This document shows, piece after piece, positions 60,309 through 64,000 of a stretch of DNA of 64,000 nt. The position numbers were made by a program, and so were the translations under genes. Source of the stretch: an uncultured Gemmatimonadaceae bacterium (GTDB lineage Bacteria; Gemmatimonadota; Gemmatimonadetes; Gemmatimonadales; Gemmatimonadaceae); assembly GCA_963790305.1 (NCBI GenBank), contig CAWBOC010000009.1, positions 128,001 through 192,000 on the forward strand, read 5' to 3'. The notes under the pieces are model-generated. The model saw only the letters and a list, made by a program, of their open reading frames with translations, was not told the origin of the DNA and did not search any database. Within the stretch, counting starts at the first letter, position 1. Each line of letters begins with the position of its first letter.

Positions 60309-62129
60309 ATGCGCGACCTCGCCGAACGTGCGGCGCTGGTTGGCGTGGGTGATCCGGGAGACGCCGAGCCTCCGGAGGACTTCCCGACCGAGCTGCTCTG
60401 CGGATTCGTCCCCGGCAATGCTGCCGCCGGGCTCGTCGCGGTGCAGCTCCGTGGCGCATTCCGTCACGCCGCCTCGCTCGTCGCCTATCGAGCGGTGCGC
60501 GCGCAGGAGCGCGACCGCCACCGGGAGCTCGCCGAGCTTACGCGCGTTGGCGTTGCGCTCACCACCGAGCGCGACTTGCTCTCGCTGCTCACCCTCATCC
60601 TCTCGCAGGCTCGTCGCATCACGACGAGCGATGCAGGATCGCTCTATCTCGTCGAGCGGGATGAGGCGGGCCATCCGGAAGCGCTGAGGTTCAAGCTCTC
60701 GCAGAACGAGACGCTGACCAGCGTGCCGCTCTCCGAGTTCACCGTGCCGATCGACAACTCGAGCCTCGCCGGGTACACCGCGGCGACGCACGAGCCGCTC
60801 GTCATCCCGGACGTGTATCTCCTGCCGGAGGACGTGAGCTATCGTCTCAATCGCAGCTTCGACGAAAAGTTCGGCTATCGGACGAAGTCGATGCTGGTGA
60901 TTCCGATGACGACGCACCGCGACGAGGTTGTCGGCGTGCTGCAGCTCATCAATCGCAAACGGCTCATGGGCACGCGTCTGACGACCCCCGAGGCTGTCGA
61001 TCGCGAGGTCCTGCCCTATGATGAGCGATCGGTGGAGCTCGTGTCGGCCCTCGCCGCGCAGGCGGCGGTGTCGATCGAGAACTCGCTGCTGTACGAGAAC
61101 ATCGAGCGGCTCTTCGAGGGGTTCGTGACCGCCGCCGTGTCAGCCATTGAAGCGCGCGACCCCGCCACGTTCGGTCACTCCGAGCGCGTCGCGACCATGA
61201 CGGTCAGCCTCGCGCGCGCGATCGATCGCGGCGGCACGGGGCAGTATCGCGGGACACGATTCTCTCGCACCCAGCTACGTGAGCTCCGCTACGCCAGTCT
61301 GCTGCACGACTTCGGCAAGGTCGGTGTAAGCGAGCAGGTGCTCGTGAAGGAGAAAAAGCTCTACTCCAGCGACATCGAGGCGATCCGCGGCCGTTTCGCC
61401 TTTCTGAAGCGCACCGCGTCACTGGAGTACGAGCGGCGCCGGGCCGAGTGGCTGCTTCGGAATGGGCGAGAGGGATACGATGCGCTGGTAGCCGAGCTCG
61501 AGGGTCGTCTTCGGCAGCACGAAGAGGAGCTGGATCGGCTGCTCTTCGCCGTCATCGCCGCGAACGAGCCGACGATCCTCACCGAGGAAGCTGGCGCCGA
61601 GCTGGCGTGTCTGGCGAAGCGAACCTTCCGCGACATCGATGACGTGGAGCGCCCGCTGCTGACCGACGAAGAGGTGCGGTTCCTCACGATCACGCGCGGC
61701 AATCTCGACGAGCAGGAGCGCCGCGAGATCGAAGCGCACGTAACGCACACTTTCCGGTTCCTTCAGCAGATCCCGTGGACGCGGGAGCTGCGCGACATTC
61801 CGCGCATCGCGTACGCGCATCACGAGAAGCTGAACGGCGAGGGATATCCGCGCGGCATTCGCGCCGAGGACATTCCGGTGCAGACGCGCATCATGACGAT
61901 CGCCGACATCTACGACGCGCTAACCGCCACCGACCGTCCCTATAAGCCCGCCGTCCCCTCCGAGCGCGCGCTGGACATCCTCCGAATGGAGGCGAAGGAG
62001 GGGATGCTCGACAAGGATCTGCTGACGACGTTCATTGAGTCGAGGGTGTATGCGCTCACAGATCCAAAGAGTTTTGGCGCGTACACGCTCGGAACTCCGC
62101 GTGAGGGCGTGCCGTCGATCGGCGACTGA
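60309..62129 (+). CDS. GAF + HD-GYP phosphodiesterase with an insertion in the HD domain; 5' end may extend to about 60091 via frameshifts
   Basis: GAF DAGSLY..GVLQLIN; HSERV, LHDFGKVG, HHEKLNGEGYP, IADIYDALT..RPYK. Confidence 0.9.
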   Translation: MRDLAERAALVGVGDPGDAEPPEDFPTELLCGFVPGNAAAGLVAVQLRGAFRHAASLVAYRAVRAQERDRHRELAELTRVGVALTTERDLLSLLTLILSQARRITTSDAGSLYLVERDEAGHPEALRFKLSQNETLTSVPLSEFTVPIDNSSLAGYTAATHEPLVIPDVYLLPEDVSYRLNRSFDEKFGYRTKSMLVIPMTTHRDEVVGVLQLINRKRLMGTRLTTPEAVDREVLPYDERSVELVSALAAQAAVSIENSLLYENIERLFEGFVTAAVSAIEARDPATFGHSERVATMTVSLARAIDRGGTGQYRGTRFSRTQLRELRYASLLHDFGKVGVSEQVLVKEKKLYSSDIEAIRGRFAFLKRTASLEYERRRAEWLLRNGREGYDALVAELEGRLRQHEEELDRLLFAVIAANEPTILTEEAGAELACLAKRTFRDIDDVERPLLTDEEVRFLTITRGNLDEQERREIEAHVTHTFRFLQQIPWTRELRDIPRIAYAHHEKLNGEGYPRGIRAEDIPVQTRIMTIADIYDALTATDRPYKPAVPSERALDILRMEAKEGMLDKDLLTTFIESRVYALTDPKSFGAYTLGTPREGVPSIGD

Positions 62130-62160
62130 GTCTTTCTCAGGAGATCAACTTCCGAAGACG

Positions 62161-63699
62161 TCATCTCAGCTTTCCGTACCCTCCGCCCCCCGGCGTCTCG
62201 ATGGTGAGCACATCCCCCGGCGCCATCTCCACCCTGCACTTCGCCGGAAGCCACTTGCCGTTGAGCGAGTTCCGCCCGGCCGCACCGGCTGCGCCGCCGG
62301 CGGCTCCGCGCGGGGAACGGCGGCGGCGCTCGGTCAGGAGTGTCACCGTGCAGCGCTCGAGCACGCGATACCGCCTCACGACTCCATCGCCCCCGCGCGC
62401 CGCGCCCTCCCCGCCCGTCTTCCGGCGGATTGCGTATTCATCGATGCGGAGCGGGAGCGACCACTCGAGCGACTCGATCGGGGTGTTGCGAGTGTTGCTC
62501 ATCCCGACATGCACCGCGCTTGGACCGGGACCGCGCGAGGAGGCGCCCTGGCCCCCACCCAGTGTCTCGTAGAAGGTCCAGCCGGCGCCGCCGAGGGTGA
62601 CGTTGTTCATCGTCCCCTGCCCTTGCGCTGGCACATCGATGCCAGCGTCGGCGAGCGCCGCGAACAGCGTGTCGGTCATGCGCTGCGAGAGCTCGACATT
62701 TCCGGCGGCCACGGCGGCCGGCCACGTGGCGTTCATCACCGTCCCTCGTGGCGCGATCACCTCGACTGCGCGGGCGATTCCATCGTTCATCGGGACTTCG
62801 TCGTCGAGCATGGTGCGCAGCACGAATACCGCGGCCGCCCGCGCGACCGCCATTGGGGCGTTCACGTTCCCGCGCACCTGCGGCGACGACCCGGTGAAGT
62901 CGCAGACGAGGCGGCCCTCACGCTGACTGACCGCGGCGACCACGCGCACGTCATCTTCCGTCACCCCGTCGCCTTCGAGCGCATCCTCGGCGCGACCAAC
63001 ACGGTTGCCTAACGCTCGCACCGCCTCGCGAGCGCTCCGCTCCGCATAATCCATCAGCGCCTGGCCCGCCTGCTGCACGCGCGCAATCCCCTCTCGCGCG
63101 ACGAGCGCTCGCCACCCCGCGCGGCCCGCGGCGCACGCCCCGAGCTGCGCACGCATGTCCCCGCGCCGCTCGTCAGGCGTCCGCACGTTGGCGAGGAGGA
63201 TGGACATGACATCCTCGGCGATCCCACTTTGCGTCGCGAGGCGCACCGGTGGCAGAACCAGGCCCTCCTGGACGAGCTCGGTCGCCCCCTGAGGCATGCT
63301 TCCGGGGCTCATACCCCCCACGTCGGCATGATGCGCCCGAACCGCCGTGAACGCCGCGACGCGTCCCTCGTGTGCGACCGCCTCCACGAGCGTGAGATCC
63401 GGCAGGTGCGAGCCGCCGGCGAAAGGATCGTTGAGAATGAAGACATCGCCTGGCTGCGGCCGCCGCGCGATCACGGCGCGCACCGCCTCGGGCATTGCGC
63501 CGAGGTGAACGGGAATGTGAGCGGCCTGCGCCACCATGGCACCGCGAGCGTCGAACACCGCGCACGATGAGTCGCGTCGCTCGCGAATGTTCGGCGACAA
63601 CGCGCCGCGGATGAGCACCGTGCCCATTTCTTCCGCGATGGCCGCGAACGCGTGTGCCATCACCTGAAGATCGAGAAGGTCGAACGTCTCCGCGCTCAC
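62161..63699 (-). CDS. Hydantoinase B / 5-oxoprolinase subunit
   Basis: [42 protein letters not shown]. Confidence 0.93.
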   Translation of the reverse strand: MSAETFDLLDLQVMAHAFAAIAEEMGTVLIRGALSPNIRERRDSSCAVFDARGAMVAQAAHIPVHLGAMPEAVRAVIARRPQPGDVFILNDPFAGGSHLPDLTLVEAVAHEGRVAAFTAVRAHHADVGGMSPGSMPQGATELVQEGLVLPPVRLATQSGIAEDVMSILLANVRTPDERRGDMRAQLGACAAGRAGWRALVAREGIARVQQAGQALMDYAERSAREAVRALGNRVGRAEDALEGDGVTEDDVRVVAAVSQREGRLVCDFTGSSPQVRGNVNAPMAVARAAAVFVLRTMLDDEVPMNDGIARAVEVIAPRGTVMNATWPAAVAAGNVELSQRMTDTLFAALADAGIDVPAQGQGTMNNVTLGGAGWTFYETLGGGQGASSRGPGPSAVHVGMSNTRNTPIESLEWSLPLRIDEYAIRRKTGGEGAARGGDGVVRRYRVLERCTVTLLTERRRRSPRGAAGGAAGAAGRNSLNGKWLPAKCRVEMAPGDVLTIETPGGGGYGKLR

Positions 63700-64000
63700 G
63701 TCGCCCGCTCCATCATGTAGCCGCCTGTCGGCAGTGCTGCCGCGATCCACCCGGCATCAACGCGCATGGCCGCATCGGGCAATGGAATCACCGCCGGGCC
63801 TCGTACCGGGGTCGCGGGGACACCGCCCGCTCCGGTCGCGAGCCGCGCCTCACGAGCGGGCCCGAACGTGGCATGACGCAATGTCACGATCTCCACCGGT
63901 CGCTCGAGCGTGAAGCCTGCGCGCGCCGCGTGGAGCGTGGCGAACCGCCCCGCGATGGCGGCGCCGTCGTCGTCCGGCGTGACCGGGACATCGAGCTCGT
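63696..64000 (-). CDS. Hydantoinase A / oxoprolinase, C-terminal part (gene enters from outside the window)
   Basis: ELDVP..RFATLH..GF..VEIVTLR..GPAVI; GTGA overlap with the B subunit. Confidence 0.75.
   Translation of the reverse strand, partial: ELDVPVTPDDDGAAIAGRFATLHAARAGFTLERPVEIVTLRHATFGPAREARLATGAGGVPATPVRGPAVIPLPDAAMRVDAGWIAAALPTGGYMMERAT

Noticed and set aside
3245..63013. Integron attC sites from GCCTAAC/GTTAGGC
   Set aside because: The motifs are not paired as RYYYAAC...GTTRRRY within about 150 bp, lie inside core genes, and no integrase is present.
9331..63570. Long antisense or alternate-frame ORFs (e.g. 9331-10719, 11818-13224, 41418-42839, 46265-48043, 59490-60917)
   Set aside because: They overlap well-supported genes, have no motifs, and are expected in high-GC DNA with few stop codons.

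Overview
High-GC bacterial chromosome segment made almost entirely of housekeeping genes. Gene content and order suggest a diderm such as Gemmatimonadota (inference, not verified). It carries a GMC oxidoreductase and sugar isomerase, a DUF2723 membrane glycosyltransferase-like gene, three tRNAs (Ser-TGA, Ser-GCT, Gln-TTG), mgsA-amtB-glnK, a TonB-dependent receptor and gltX-lexA. A long minus-strand run follows (trxA-rsmI-DUF4159-DUF4175-TPR-GATase-like-JAB/DinG-FAH-aminotransferase). Then come pdxJ..ispE-tRNA-prs-rplY-pth-hppA-ychF-rpsF-rpsR-rplI-rsfS, a zincin/PD40/BamA fusion, two SPOR genes with smc, aroF, lolA, rpmE-prfA-prmC-ylbF-tmk-ctpA, a Crp/MBL/GAF-HD-GYP module and hydantoinase/oxoprolinase genes. 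About ten genes have single-base frameshifts that look like long-read errors. No CRISPR, integrase, transposase or prophage is visible. The most interesting signals are non-coding. (1) About 15 intergenic elements built from inverted 7- or 9-nt tandem repeats; one pair brackets a four-helix-bundle (23S-IVP/Avd-like) gene, and an empty copy with the same two ends lies 3.4 kb away. (2) A strongly enriched dispersed heptamer (C)GTTAGGC. (3) An ILV-type leader-peptide attenuator in front of the nitrogen genes. (4) A non-canonical start for prfA. All calls were made by eye, without database searches.
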